In this document: positions 19,701-28,258 of the stretch, one piece after another | How the letters are laid out: each line of letters opens with the position of its first letter | How positions within the stretch are numbered: the first letter of the stretch is position 1 | Assembly (NCBI GenBank): GCA_965212015.1 | Contig: OZ243037.1 | Location: 736,001 to 800,000, forward strand | Length of the DNA: 64,000 bases | Direction of reading: 5' to 3' | Origin: Cenarchaeum sp. | GTDB lineage: Archaea > Thermoproteota > Nitrososphaeria > Nitrososphaerales > Nitrosopumilaceae | Position numbers and translations under genes: made by a program | The notes under the pieces: model-generated | What the model was told of the DNA's origin: nothing | What the model saw: only the letters and a program-made list of their open reading frames with translations | Databases searched by the model: none

Positions 19701-20114
19701 GCCAGCCATAATCGTCTTACCCGCTCCCGGATCATGTGCTAATAGGAATCTAATACGCGGTATCTTTAGAACATGCCCGTATACCGCATCGATCTGATGT
19801 GGAAGTGGATCTATCTTGGACGAGTTCATGGCTAGTAATGGGTCATATAGGAACGCAAAACGGTATCTGATGGTCTCCAGTGCCAGGAATACCTTCCACG
19901 GCTCACTGGAAAAATCACAGTTGATCTTCTTGAGGCTGATATGGGTTAATTCCTCAGCAGCTAGGACAGCATCCACATGTGTGCCAGACTGTGTTAGTGA
20001 ACCGATTATTCTCACCATACCGTCTAATTGATCTACTTTTTTGATTTCTACTGGTTCTAACCACTTGGGGCCCTCAATCAATACACCGGCTTCAAGATCA
20101 GTGACATTCAACAT
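16782..20114 (-). CDS. SNF2-family helicase with C-terminal DUF3883-like nuclease domain
   Basis: PLPHQ, LLAHDPGAGKT, VDEAH, LTATPH, EAAGEGINLQ, WNPNRLEQRMGRIHRYGQ; C-terminal GYDI..RYIEVKG..LTRNEW. Confidence 0.92.
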   Translation of the reverse strand: MLNVTDLEAGVLIEGPKWLEPVEIKKVDQLDGMVRIIGSLTQSGTHVDAVLAAEELTHISLKKINCDFSSEPWKVFLALETIRYRFAFLYDPLLAMNSSKIDPLPHQIDAVYGHVLKIPRIRFLLAHDPGAGKTIMAGLIIKELKLRHLARRILIVVPGHLKDQWRRELKDKFEESFVIADRGTTDALYGENVWHKENQLITSIDFAKREEVASSMQTAQFDLVIVDEAHKMAAYRYGDKVTKTSRYRLGEILSTNSEHLLFLTATPHKGDNENFRLFLDLLEPGFFATTEMLEESLKKDENTLFLRQIKEDMKDFDGKPLFLPRHVSTPAYSLSNPERDLYRSVTEYVRNQFNKALSPDKKRNIGFAVIVLQRRLASSSFALWRSLQRRRDRLSVLLKDFERSKQTAPNVVDFEEVEDMSEEDRWKHEQIWETLSIAENRDELRKEIHTIEELIGVAKDVIDGEHEIKLKALKQTMEELDRKHVNDKILIFTESRDTLEYLKKRVISWGHMVSTIHGGMKLAERIEAEKTFKNQSRVMIATEAAGEGINLQFCHLMINYDIPWNPNRLEQRMGRIHRYGQKYEVFVYNLMAQDTIEGRIFRRLFEKLAEIRSKMGSDRVYDIIGDIYHGRDLAQLLSDAAMGAKTEEEVLKEMEITVDHDYIRKIRENLTDTLATRNIDFRKIGDIKEVARENRLMPEYTSDFFIKAFAKAEGKIRIRQGGLYAIDSIPYQIRNIAREDHFRRSFGTLQSGYRKITFGKEVSAKDQDAEFLTFGHPLFEAVLEWISKEFTTNLQRGATFVDHSGQLNGTVLFFEGIIQDGTGRIAGKRLFSYYVDAATGTAEHIPTTILWDLDDSIGGHTEPVDLVGQKATVQTGVIATLRDYQKELLDERERQAQIKEKYGIRSMQKLIHDHDADLLSLRERRRQGENVDIAIRRKEERQRQYIDSKQRLEDLIKREKNLTISTPTFLGIIKVIPSDVIPDAMRENTESEMVAMRAAMEFERAHGREPTDVSKTIGLGYDIKSTGDGGIRYIEVKGRHKEGRVALTRNEWFKALHLGTDYYLYVVWNTKDHPETDMVPRVIQDPAHTINPKKDVHYIVDTEVIREKST

Positions 20115-20221
20115 GGTTAATTCATACCCTCAATGAATAAATCTTGCCCCATAGATGTCGATGGTTTTGAATTATTATGATCCGACTCGTACATAACCTC
20201 CCGATCATGTGATTTATGGCC

Positions 20222-20449
20222 GGCCTTGGTGACCTGTACGGGCCTTGGTGACCTGTACGGGCCTTGGTGACCTGTACGGGCCTTGGTGACCTGTACGGGC
20301 CTTGGTGACCTGTACGGGCCTTGGTGACCTGTACGGGCCTTGGTGACCTGTACGGGCCTTGGTGACCTGTACGGGCCTTGGTGACCTGTACGGGCCTTGG
20401 TGACCTGTACGGGCCTTGGTGACCTGTACGGGCCTTGGTGACCTGTACG
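20222..20449. repeat. Perfect tandem array, 12 x 19 bp
   Basis: Unit GGCCTTGGTGACCTGTACG; 228 bp. Confidence 0.95.
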
Positions 20450-20487
20450 GGCTTGTGCGGGCTTTGTGTATGTGATTTGTATCCTGT

Positions 20488-20583
20488 CCGGGCCGGGACT
20501 CCGGCCCGGGATGGTTCTGGGCAAGAGGGCCGGCTCTGCCGGCCCGATGATGTGATGGGATAGGGCTCCCGTCAGGGAGCCCT
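20488..20583. other. Three consecutive GC-rich hairpins
   Basis: CCGGGCCGG-gact-CCGGCCCGG (20488-20509), GGGCCGGC-tct-GCCGGCCC (20527-20545), AGGGCTCCC-gtca-GGGAGCCCT (20562-20583). Confidence 0.8.
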
Positions 20584-20711
20584 GGAGGAAAAGACGTTGA
20601 GATTACCGAGTCAGAGTTCGTTGTTGGAGACTTGTGAGGTAACTGCGAGCTGGAAAATCTGCCGGCTCAGGCATAACAGCCCGTCCGGGGCACATTCAAT
20701 CATGCCCTAAA

Positions 20712-20875
20712 TGCATATTATGCATGACCCTCATGCATGTTCTGCACCATACAAGTGCATATTCTGCATGGGAAAAAACGCCCATTATGCCAAATATGCA
20801 CCGCCCTCATGCATGTTCTGCATACGGAAAACATGTCTCATGCTAAACATGCACCATCCTGGTGCATTTTATGCA
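20712..20875. promoter_or_regulatory. Array of seven TGCA-N5-TGCA boxes, helically phased (candidate centromere/operator array)
   Basis: Boxes start at 20712, 20734, 20756, 20788, 20810, 20841 and 20863 (spacings 22,22,32,22,31,22); two have a degenerate first half-site (TGCC, TGCT). Confidence 0.75.
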
Positions 20876-20912
20876 TTTTTTTGGCCTTTTATGTAAACCG
20901 ATATTATACAGC

Positions 20913-21239
20913 ATGGAACTTGAAGACATACAGCGAAAGATCCAATTCCGCCAGGGCTCATATATGGTGACCATACCGCTCCAGATAATCCACATGCTGG
21001 GAATCCGCAAGGACCATCATGTGAAGTTTGCCGTCTCCAAAAACAAGATTGTCATAAAGCCAATCGAGTCCAACATTACCAAAAAGGATCTGAGCGAGGC
21101 CGAAAAAGACTCTGCCATACTGGATGAATCCCACACTCCCGGATACCGGGAGGATCTTGCCATAGCGCTGGGACGAAAGACCAAACCTGAAAAAGATAGT
21201 GCAGAGCCCAGCCGCCTTGAAAAGCTCAGGATGAAATGA
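20913..21239 (+). CDS. AbrB/MazE/SpoVT-fold DNA-binding protein with charged C-terminal tail
   Basis: RKIQFRQGSYMVTIP...LGI..D.HVKF...KIVIKPI; TATA-like TTTATGTA about 25 bp upstream. Confidence 0.85.
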   Translation: MELEDIQRKIQFRQGSYMVTIPLQIIHMLGIRKDHHVKFAVSKNKIVIKPIESNITKKDLSEAEKDSAILDESHTPGYREDLAIALGRKTKPEKDSAEPSRLEKLRMK

Positions 21240-24200
21240 CTACGGTCGATACCTTTTTTCTTTCCTCATCATCAAGGCCGTCGCGGATCTGCCTTATTTT
21301 ATAGCTCTTGGACCACACGTGGCACTCGGAGAATCCAAGCTTTGGCCACTTTGTCATGTTGTATCTTACGTGCTCCTGGTGGCTCTGCACCTCGCTGAGA
21401 GACTCTATCTCTACACTGATTGCGATTTCCTCTGTATAGTTATAGGCTACCAGATCAGTCCGGTCCCTTCCCTTTTTGATGCGCTGGGATGCCATTGCCA
21501 CAAACAGGCCCTCGTCCAGATACGCCTCGATTGCCTTTTTGGAGACCTCCGGTATGTCAGGTGCCGTGCCAATCTGTGCATAGTCAAACTCAAAGTATGC
21601 CTTTTGGGTCTTTTCAGCAAGCCTGTACGGCGAGGTTCGCTCCGCACCGGTCCTCTCTATCCTGCCGTGCTCCTCCATCTCTTTGAGAACGGGCACCACC
21701 TCGTCCCTGTTCTGCACCTTGAGGGCATTTACAATCTGGGCCTGCCTCATCTCCTCCCCGGACAGCAGGCGCATTATATCCCACTCCATCTTGGTCGGAA
21801 ACTCGACTTCAATGTTTTCAATCCACCTGTTTCTCTCCCTGCCGGCCTGCGCTATCGAGTTCTGGCCTATGCTGCCGCCGCCGTACCTTGCCAGCTGTGC
21901 CGCAATATACGCGTCATACTCTGCTTCCCCTACCAGAATCTCCGGCGGCGGACTGAGCCAGAACTGCATGGGCGGGGGCTGCTCCTGGCCCGGCGGCGCC
22001 TTTTCGCGCACGGTCCAGTGAAAGTACTCCTGGCTGGCAAGCTGCTGTAGGAGCTCCCTTTGGAACTGGGGATCCCATATCTGGGCTATCCGGGATGCGT
22101 CCTTGCCGTTGACTTTGCCTATCATCTGCGTGCCAGAGTTTCCTGATATTATTCCAAGCTGCTTGTCGCTTATCTGCTCGGTGGTCTGGTGGGATAACAC
22201 GAGCCCCAGTCCCAGTGATCTTGCCTGCTCGAGCATCAGCTGTAATACCTGGAGGTCCTTTACTATCTGAAACTCGTCTAACGCCAGAACCACCTGTGTT
22301 CGTTCCGACTCGTCCGGAACACGGTTTGCCCTCTCTTGTATGGTAAACCACAGTTTTAGTATGAACGCCTGCATGGCCAGCGGCTGGACGTGCTGCGGCA
22401 TGTTGAGCGGGGATATCCGGACAATGGTCTGCCGTCCAGGCTTTATTAATTCGCCAAAGTCTACCGTTCCCCTACGTACAGAGAACATGCGCTTTAGCAC
22501 GGGGTCGGTAGCAAACTGCTCCACGCGGTTGAGCAGGGGCGTAAAGGCATCCCCCTTTAGGGTGGCAATGCTGGTAAGTGCCTGCTTCATCTCGGGATCC
22601 GGCGTGCCAAACGTCTGTATGATATGCGGCATGGCGCGCACGCCATTATCCTGTAGTCGCAATATGATATCGTGAATGTCTAGGAACGTGGGGGCATCGT
22701 GCCTCATGTAAATATAGAACAGCAAGGCCCGGAATATTCGCTCCATCTGCACATAGCTTGCCGACTGCTGGTACCATTCCTCTATGGTCTTCATGAAATA
22801 CCCGACATATCGAGACACGACCTCCTCGCGCTCCCACGGGGAATGCGCCGGCAATTCCAGTGGGTTTATCGAGAATTTGGTCTTTTGTGGATCCAAAAAG
22901 TGTATGCGCTCGCCTGTCAGGGATTCTGCCTCACACTGCCGGACAAACTTGTGTGAGTCGTCCCCCTTGGGGTCCACGTATATGAACGCGTTTGGAAACT
23001 TGCCGTTGTGGTTCCACATTTCCAGATGCTTGGCAAACAGCCTGATCAGCGAGGTCTTGCCGGAGCCCGATGCCCCGACGGCATAGACGTGCGTGGCAAA
23101 GTCGGTAGGCGATATGACTGCGGCATTTAGGTCCTTTGACCTATCAATCCCGCCCCACAGAGACTTCCAGTCAAAGCCTTTTTCCGGATTCTTGAAAAAC
23201 CCGACACATGCCCCCGCCTTTAGCGACGGCTTTGAGGGGATCATTACTCCGCGCGTGGTATCGATGTTTGGCGTGACAGGCTCTGGCAAATGCACCAAAA
23301 GAGGAATCTCCTCCAGGTTCAGTATGAGAAACGGAAGCGGCTCGCGCTCGCGGTACCCCAGTATCCCCTTGTCAAAATAGCGCCCGATCGCACCGTCCAG
23401 AAACTTGCCGGGGTCCGGAAGCAGCCTGTGCCTGAATATGCCTATTCTGGGCATCTTTTCCCTGCTGTCTGCCACCCGAATCCGCGTCTTTTTGGGCTCA
23501 TCTGCCAGAAAATTTTGATACTTGTATCGGAATTTTGTAAGGTGCTCGTGGCCGGAATGGATGTTCTCGACTGGCAGGGCCTCTATTTCGTCAAAATTGA
23601 GGTCTATATCGCGATCGCTCCTTATCATGCCCCTTATGCTCATGAGCAGCTGGGCAGACTGCATCTTGAGCGTGGCATGCTTTTGAAGGCCGCCGTAATT
23701 GTTGGTAAAGTCGTACCCCATCTCAGGGTGCTCGTGGGGCTTTTTGTCCGGATTCATGATAATCTCGGTATTGCTGAGGTATCTGCCGCGCTTGATCTCG
23801 CGCACCTTTTCATCCAGCCTGCCCACGTGTTTGCGCAGGAACGGGCCGAACGTGTGGTGCTTGAATACGATCTGTATCCAGGCGTGCCTGGAGAGCTGTA
23901 CGGTGTTTGCCACCTGCGTGATCAGCTGGTGCGCGCGGGCCCGGTCAAATACGGCCGAATAATGGCCGTGATATGTCCCCACGTCAAATATCTGGCACTC
24001 GGACTCGTCAAACCACCCCGGCACCGTGTTTGACATGTCAGAGAATACGGAATTTGGATACATGTTTAGAAATGCCTGCTTGTAGGCGGCAAGGTCGTTT
24101 TTTTCCGCTACCAGGACAAACTCCATTTTTTTCTCATCGGCGTCCCACCACACCTCAAAGCTCCGAATACCTGCGCTGGCAAGCCCGCCGGCTGCCAGTA

Positions 24201-24342
24201 CTGCCTTTTTTTCATTCATGTCTATGGGGACGACAATCGAGCAGGCGGCCAGCTCCCCCGGCGTGGCAAGAAAATCCTTGACCTGATCCAGCCTGCCTGA
24301 TGGTTTTTTCTTGTTGGCAAGGCGCCACCGTTTTGAACCCAC
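21226..24342 (-). CDS. VirB4/VirD4(TraG)/HerA-like ATPase with C-terminal wHTH and possible PD-(D/E)xK domain
   Basis: Walker A GASGSGKT, YVDPKGD, INPLE, Walker B LALDEFQ, QARSLGLGLVLSHQ; 1038 aa. Confidence 0.85.
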   Translation of the reverse strand: MGSKRWRLANKKKPSGRLDQVKDFLATPGELAACSIVVPIDMNEKKAVLAAGGLASAGIRSFEVWWDADEKKMEFVLVAEKNDLAAYKQAFLNMYPNSVFSDMSNTVPGWFDESECQIFDVGTYHGHYSAVFDRARAHQLITQVANTVQLSRHAWIQIVFKHHTFGPFLRKHVGRLDEKVREIKRGRYLSNTEIIMNPDKKPHEHPEMGYDFTNNYGGLQKHATLKMQSAQLLMSIRGMIRSDRDIDLNFDEIEALPVENIHSGHEHLTKFRYKYQNFLADEPKKTRIRVADSREKMPRIGIFRHRLLPDPGKFLDGAIGRYFDKGILGYREREPLPFLILNLEEIPLLVHLPEPVTPNIDTTRGVMIPSKPSLKAGACVGFFKNPEKGFDWKSLWGGIDRSKDLNAAVISPTDFATHVYAVGASGSGKTSLIRLFAKHLEMWNHNGKFPNAFIYVDPKGDDSHKFVRQCEAESLTGERIHFLDPQKTKFSINPLELPAHSPWEREEVVSRYVGYFMKTIEEWYQQSASYVQMERIFRALLFYIYMRHDAPTFLDIHDIILRLQDNGVRAMPHIIQTFGTPDPEMKQALTSIATLKGDAFTPLLNRVEQFATDPVLKRMFSVRRGTVDFGELIKPGRQTIVRISPLNMPQHVQPLAMQAFILKLWFTIQERANRVPDESERTQVVLALDEFQIVKDLQVLQLMLEQARSLGLGLVLSHQTTEQISDKQLGIISGNSGTQMIGKVNGKDASRIAQIWDPQFQRELLQQLASQEYFHWTVREKAPPGQEQPPPMQFWLSPPPEILVGEAEYDAYIAAQLARYGGGSIGQNSIAQAGRERNRWIENIEVEFPTKMEWDIMRLLSGEEMRQAQIVNALKVQNRDEVVPVLKEMEEHGRIERTGAERTSPYRLAEKTQKAYFEFDYAQIGTAPDIPEVSKKAIEAYLDEGLFVAMASQRIKKGRDRTDLVAYNYTEEIAISVEIESLSEVQSHQEHVRYNMTKWPKLGFSECHVWSKSYKIRQIRDGLDDEERKKVSTVVISS

Positions 24343-24394
24343 ACAGACAAAACCCCGGTTGTATTTAAGGCGGTTTTATCGTGCAAAAAAAAAA

Positions 24395-25207
24395 TTACTC
24401 TACAAGCTTGTAGAGGCCGGCGGCATTGCTCATCACCGGATTGACGGGGACGCTGATCTTGAACTTTTTGAGCCGCGCCTCGAGCTCGTCGCGCACGCCG
24501 GGAATCAACAGTCCCCCGCCGGATAACGCAAGCTCGTACGAGCCATAGTTTGAGGCCACGTCGGTTATCTCCGTTGCCAGGTTTTCTGCAAGCACCTTTG
24601 CGTATTTTTTGCACGTCTCCTTGCGCCGTACCAGAAGGTCCCTGTACAGGTGGGCAAACTTGCCCACTTTACGGGTTATGAACTCCGATGCCCACCTCGA
24701 GCTCTCACCGTCGATCACCTCATTGTCGTCAATGACCACTATCTCTGTGGTCCCCTGTCCGATGGATACGACCATGCCGGTGCTCTTTCCGAGGTCGATG
24801 AGTGTTCCTACTGCCTGGGCGACCACGTCGCACCTTTCCACGTCCGTCGATCTTTTGACGATCTTGGAGATGGATTCGCGGCAGTCAGATGCCTCGTATG
24901 GCAGCCCCACGGCTATCCGGGTCTTTTCCTCCTTTTCTGTGCCGCAGAGCCTGTCAATGGCCTCGCGGATCAGCAGCTCTACCTGTTTTTGATATCTGGG
25001 ATCCGGCCTTCCGCGCACTATGGGCCTGACTATGGAGGTGCCGGTGCTCTCTAGCATCCTTAACGCCCCCTCGCCTACTGCCTCCGATGCCTTGCCGGTC
25101 CAGTCGCCGTTTGTCCTCTTGACGTACAGCGACGGAAACGTGACAGAGCCCCGGTTGGATACGCACTTTACAAAGCCGGTTCCGATATCCAGTCCTAACT
25201 TTAGCAT
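24395..25207 (-). CDS. Actin-like ATPase, ParM/StbA-like
   Basis: Phosphate-1 GLDIGTGFVK, connect-1 VVAQAVG, phosphate-2 SIGQGTTE, adenosine LSGGG, connect-2 PVMSNAAG. Confidence 0.88.
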   Translation of the reverse strand: MLKLGLDIGTGFVKCVSNRGSVTFPSLYVKRTNGDWTGKASEAVGEGALRMLESTGTSIVRPIVRGRPDPRYQKQVELLIREAIDRLCGTEKEEKTRIAVGLPYEASDCRESISKIVKRSTDVERCDVVAQAVGTLIDLGKSTGMVVSIGQGTTEIVVIDDNEVIDGESSRWASEFITRKVGKFAHLYRDLLVRRKETCKKYAKVLAENLATEITDVASNYGSYELALSGGGLLIPGVRDELEARLKKFKISVPVNPVMSNAAGLYKLVE

Positions 25208-25464
25208 TACAATACAAATGTGAGATGGATTTAAGGCCAAAAATTTATGGCAGTTTAGTGTACGAGGTCACCTGTCCTGCCTAAAAGACATCTTGTGATG
25301 CGAAATTCACGCCTAATTACAGTAAGACGTGACCTCACACAGTTTAGTGTATTTAAAGTATAAATATTATAAATACATATGCAGCCTGATAATTCTAGAG
25401 GCTCAGAAAATATACAAAGAATGGAAAAGACAAAATAAGGCGACAAGAATTATTTGATATCATA

Positions 25465-25620
25465 TTGGCATCAGATGAAAGCAATGAAGTTGTTAAGAAG
25501 GATGAACTGGACAAAATCATCGATAGTCTAGTTGCTCAAATGTGTTATGCTCTTAATGAAGATAAGAAACGGATGGATAAGATAGAAGATCGAATCAAAA
25601 ATCTAGAACCCGATGACTAG
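25465..25620 (+). CDS. Possible 51-aa coiled-coil protein
   Basis: Manual translation from TTG: MASDESNEVVKKDELDKIIDSLVAQMCYALNEDKKRMDKIEDRIKNLEPDD. Confidence 0.45.
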   Translation: MASDESNEVVKKDELDKIIDSLVAQMCYALNEDKKRMDKIEDRIKNLEPDD

Positions 25621-25750
25621 CTCTTGATTACGTAACAGAACCTCAAATCATCCTCCATGTTTAACGATATTATCGGCATAAAGCCAAAAATTGATCCGGT
25701 AGGCTAGATGATTTTACATGCATTATTCCGGATGTTTTTTCAGAGGCCAG

Positions 25751-26626
25751 TCACATGTCGGATGCCGCATCTGCAAGCTTTGTTTTTTCCTCCTCCTCCT
25801 GCCTTATGATCTCGTTGTATTTTTTCATGTCGAGGTGTTTTTTGATGTTGGTTTCAAGTAGTCTTACGAGCTTTTTTGGATCTAGTGCGTCAAGCTCCCA
25901 TGATTGATCCCCGTATATCTCCCTGTACTGTCCGGATCTGGGATCGGACATCTTTGTGGGGTTTGGGGGCGGCTCGTATTTTTTTATCTGATCCATTGTA
26001 AGGGCAATCCTCTGTATGTCGACTGAGCATCTAAAATCGGCCAGCCGCATGTTCATGTCACGCACCATGTCGATTCCGCTCGGATCGTGGTCGCCCAGAT
26101 ATAGAATGTGGCATATCTTGCCGTTCTCTTCGTCCTGTTGGTTTATCCTCTGTGCCAGATCATGCATGGCACTGGCAGACGCGTATCCCTTGTTTGCAAG
26201 CAGCGAGACGTGATACTTGTCGGCTACCGGCTCCAGGATTCCGGCCAGTGCCTCCTTTTCAACTATGACCTCCACATAGTGCGGCTGGTCATGCCATCTG
26301 TGCCTTCGATATGAATAGGTGGCCGCATTGACGAGGTCGGACAGATTCCAAAACTGGCTGGGCATTATCCGCTTTCTTACCCTGTCCACTATGGTGTCCC
26401 AGTCGATCTCGCCGTTCATCCGGCCTATGTTGAGGAGCTTGCTTGTACGCTGATACATATTGTCCACATTTGCCAGTATAAGGCGCGTCACCATCTGATA
26501 GTATACCTGCCTGACGGTGAGGAGATAATTCAGAGCCTCGTATTCCTCTATCACGTGGATCATCTTGTCTAAAAGTATCCTACTAGCTTTGTGGATGTTT
26601 TTTTCTGCATATTGTATTTTGGCCAT
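25751..26626 (-). CDS. Stand-alone TopoVI-A/Spo11-like wHTH-Toprim protein
   Basis: TVRQVYYQ (candidate catalytic Tyr), VEVIVEKEAL, KGYAS, YLGDHDPSG, WELDAL. Confidence 0.8.
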   Translation of the reverse strand: MAKIQYAEKNIHKASRILLDKMIHVIEEYEALNYLLTVRQVYYQMVTRLILANVDNMYQRTSKLLNIGRMNGEIDWDTIVDRVRKRIMPSQFWNLSDLVNAATYSYRRHRWHDQPHYVEVIVEKEALAGILEPVADKYHVSLLANKGYASASAMHDLAQRINQQDEENGKICHILYLGDHDPSGIDMVRDMNMRLADFRCSVDIQRIALTMDQIKKYEPPPNPTKMSDPRSGQYREIYGDQSWELDALDPKKLVRLLETNIKKHLDMKKYNEIIRQEEEEKTKLADAASDM

Positions 26627-26821
26627 GATAAAGTACCATAACATACCGTACTGGGTATATATTATTGTAACGATCAGGGTGGTCGGCAGGCGGATTACGG
26701 GTTTGGGTTCGGCTAGAGTCATGATTGGGTAGGACTATATGTTCAGATAAATCACTCTGCCGGTGCAATTCGGGCCGATACGAAATATGACGGCCTTTTA
26801 AGCTGCCCGTATTTCACAGAT

Positions 26822-26929
26822 ATGGAAGAATTCATTCAGGTTCCAAAAAGCATGCTGCTACAGTTACAGCAATTAATCCTGGAATACAGGACCGAGGTTG
26901 AAAGGATGAAAAAGGCATTTACCGGCTAG
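26822..26929 (+). CDS. Possible 35-aa peptide convergent with the integrase
   Basis: MEEFIQVPKSMLLQLQQLILEYRTEVERMKKAFTG; its stop overlaps the integrase stop in a shared CTAG. Confidence 0.35.
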   Translation: MEEFIQVPKSMLLQLQQLILEYRTEVERMKKAFTG

Positions 26930-28185
26930 GTCTGCAGGGATTTCTGCTTTAAAAGCTCGCCAAAGATCAGGTCAAGTTTTTTCTCTACCTTTCTGATGCG
27001 CTCAAGGCCCGCGTTCATCTCGTCTATCACGCCCTGCTGCGTCTTTGCATCCTGCGGCAAGAGCGCCCCGTCGAGAATGTATCCGCACTGGGAGCATCTC
27101 TGGTTATCCGGGGTGTTTTGTGTGCTGCACCGGGGACACGTATCAAGCCGTATTATCCCGTTGGAATCATCCTTGATTCTTATCCCGTGCATCTCCAGTA
27201 TCGCCTCGTCAATGTCCTTGCCTGACAGGTGGACGTATTTTTTTGCCATGTTTGAGTTTGGACTCCAGTTGCCATACACGCGAAGCGTCTGGTCTGAGAG
27301 CTTTTTGGCAAGAAGCGTCAGCTGCGTGTGCCGCATCAGATACAGCCACACCTTTTTTGTAATACCGGCATCCGTTGCATACTGCCTGAGGTGACAGCGC
27401 AGATAGCTGTACGATACCCTGGCCACCCCGCTCCGCGATGTTGTAGAGTGCCACAAAAACGCATCCGGATTGTCCCTTTCGGGGTGTTCCCTGAGCCACT
27501 CCAAAAGTGGCTTAAAGGATAGCACGAGTGCCACGCGCTTTGAACCAGTCTTGCCTCCATGTGTGGTAACCAGGACATGGTCGTCCTTGAAATCAATGCC
27601 GCCGACCTTGAACTTTAAGAGCTCACCGGTACGAAACGCACCCTCAAAGAGAACCCAGTACATTGCGCGGTCCCGCTTGTTTGATATCTTTCCCAAGAGG
27701 GCGACCACCTCGTCTGCAGTCAAAAGATCCTCTGGCCTTACTGTAACCTCGTTTTTGTCAAGGTACCGCGACGGCTTTATCCACGACACCTCTTTTGCGT
27801 ATCCGTCCTCCCGAGTTCCAATCTCGCCGGTCTTTACAAAATGGATGAATTTCAACAGGGCAAGGGCGTACGCCTTTTTCGTCTCGCCGCTGTATGCCTC
27901 GTTTGATATTATCTCAGACAGTATGGACTCGCAGTGATGTTTTTTGACGTTTTTTAGGCGTGTTTTTGCAAATTTCTTACCGTACAGCCGCAGTATGAGG
28001 GCCATCCTGTCGCCATAATAGCATATACGGCCGTCCCGGATTCCAGATATCTTTAGGTGCTCCAAAAATCTTACTGCCGCATCCCCCTGCGGTATCGTGC
28101 CAAACTGTCGCTTGAGACGCCTTATCTTTCCGGTATAGTTGTAAATATCGTCCTCGGATCTTGCGGTGTTATGTTTGACGTTCAT
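26926..28185 (-). CDS. Tyrosine recombinase/integrase with C-terminal Zn ribbon
   Basis: RDRAM..VLFEGAFRTGE (R), GKTG (K), YLMRHT, YGNW, KKYVHL (Y); CPRC..CSQC. Confidence 0.92.
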   Translation of the reverse strand: MNVKHNTARSEDDIYNYTGKIRRLKRQFGTIPQGDAAVRFLEHLKISGIRDGRICYYGDRMALILRLYGKKFAKTRLKNVKKHHCESILSEIISNEAYSGETKKAYALALLKFIHFVKTGEIGTREDGYAKEVSWIKPSRYLDKNEVTVRPEDLLTADEVVALLGKISNKRDRAMYWVLFEGAFRTGELLKFKVGGIDFKDDHVLVTTHGGKTGSKRVALVLSFKPLLEWLREHPERDNPDAFLWHSTTSRSGVARVSYSYLRCHLRQYATDAGITKKVWLYLMRHTQLTLLAKKLSDQTLRVYGNWSPNSNMAKKYVHLSGKDIDEAILEMHGIRIKDDSNGIIRLDTCPRCSTQNTPDNQRCSQCGYILDGALLPQDAKTQQGVIDEMNAGLERIRKVEKKLDLIFGELLKQKSLQT

Positions 28186-28258
28186 GGCGGCACACTCCAA
28201 GTATCGGTTAGTATAAAAGCCCGCTTTTTTCTGCAGGGCGTTGACCAAGAAGTTAGAG

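Noticed and set aside
20117-20524. 135-aa repetitive ORF
   Set aside because: Read-through of the 19-bp tandem array
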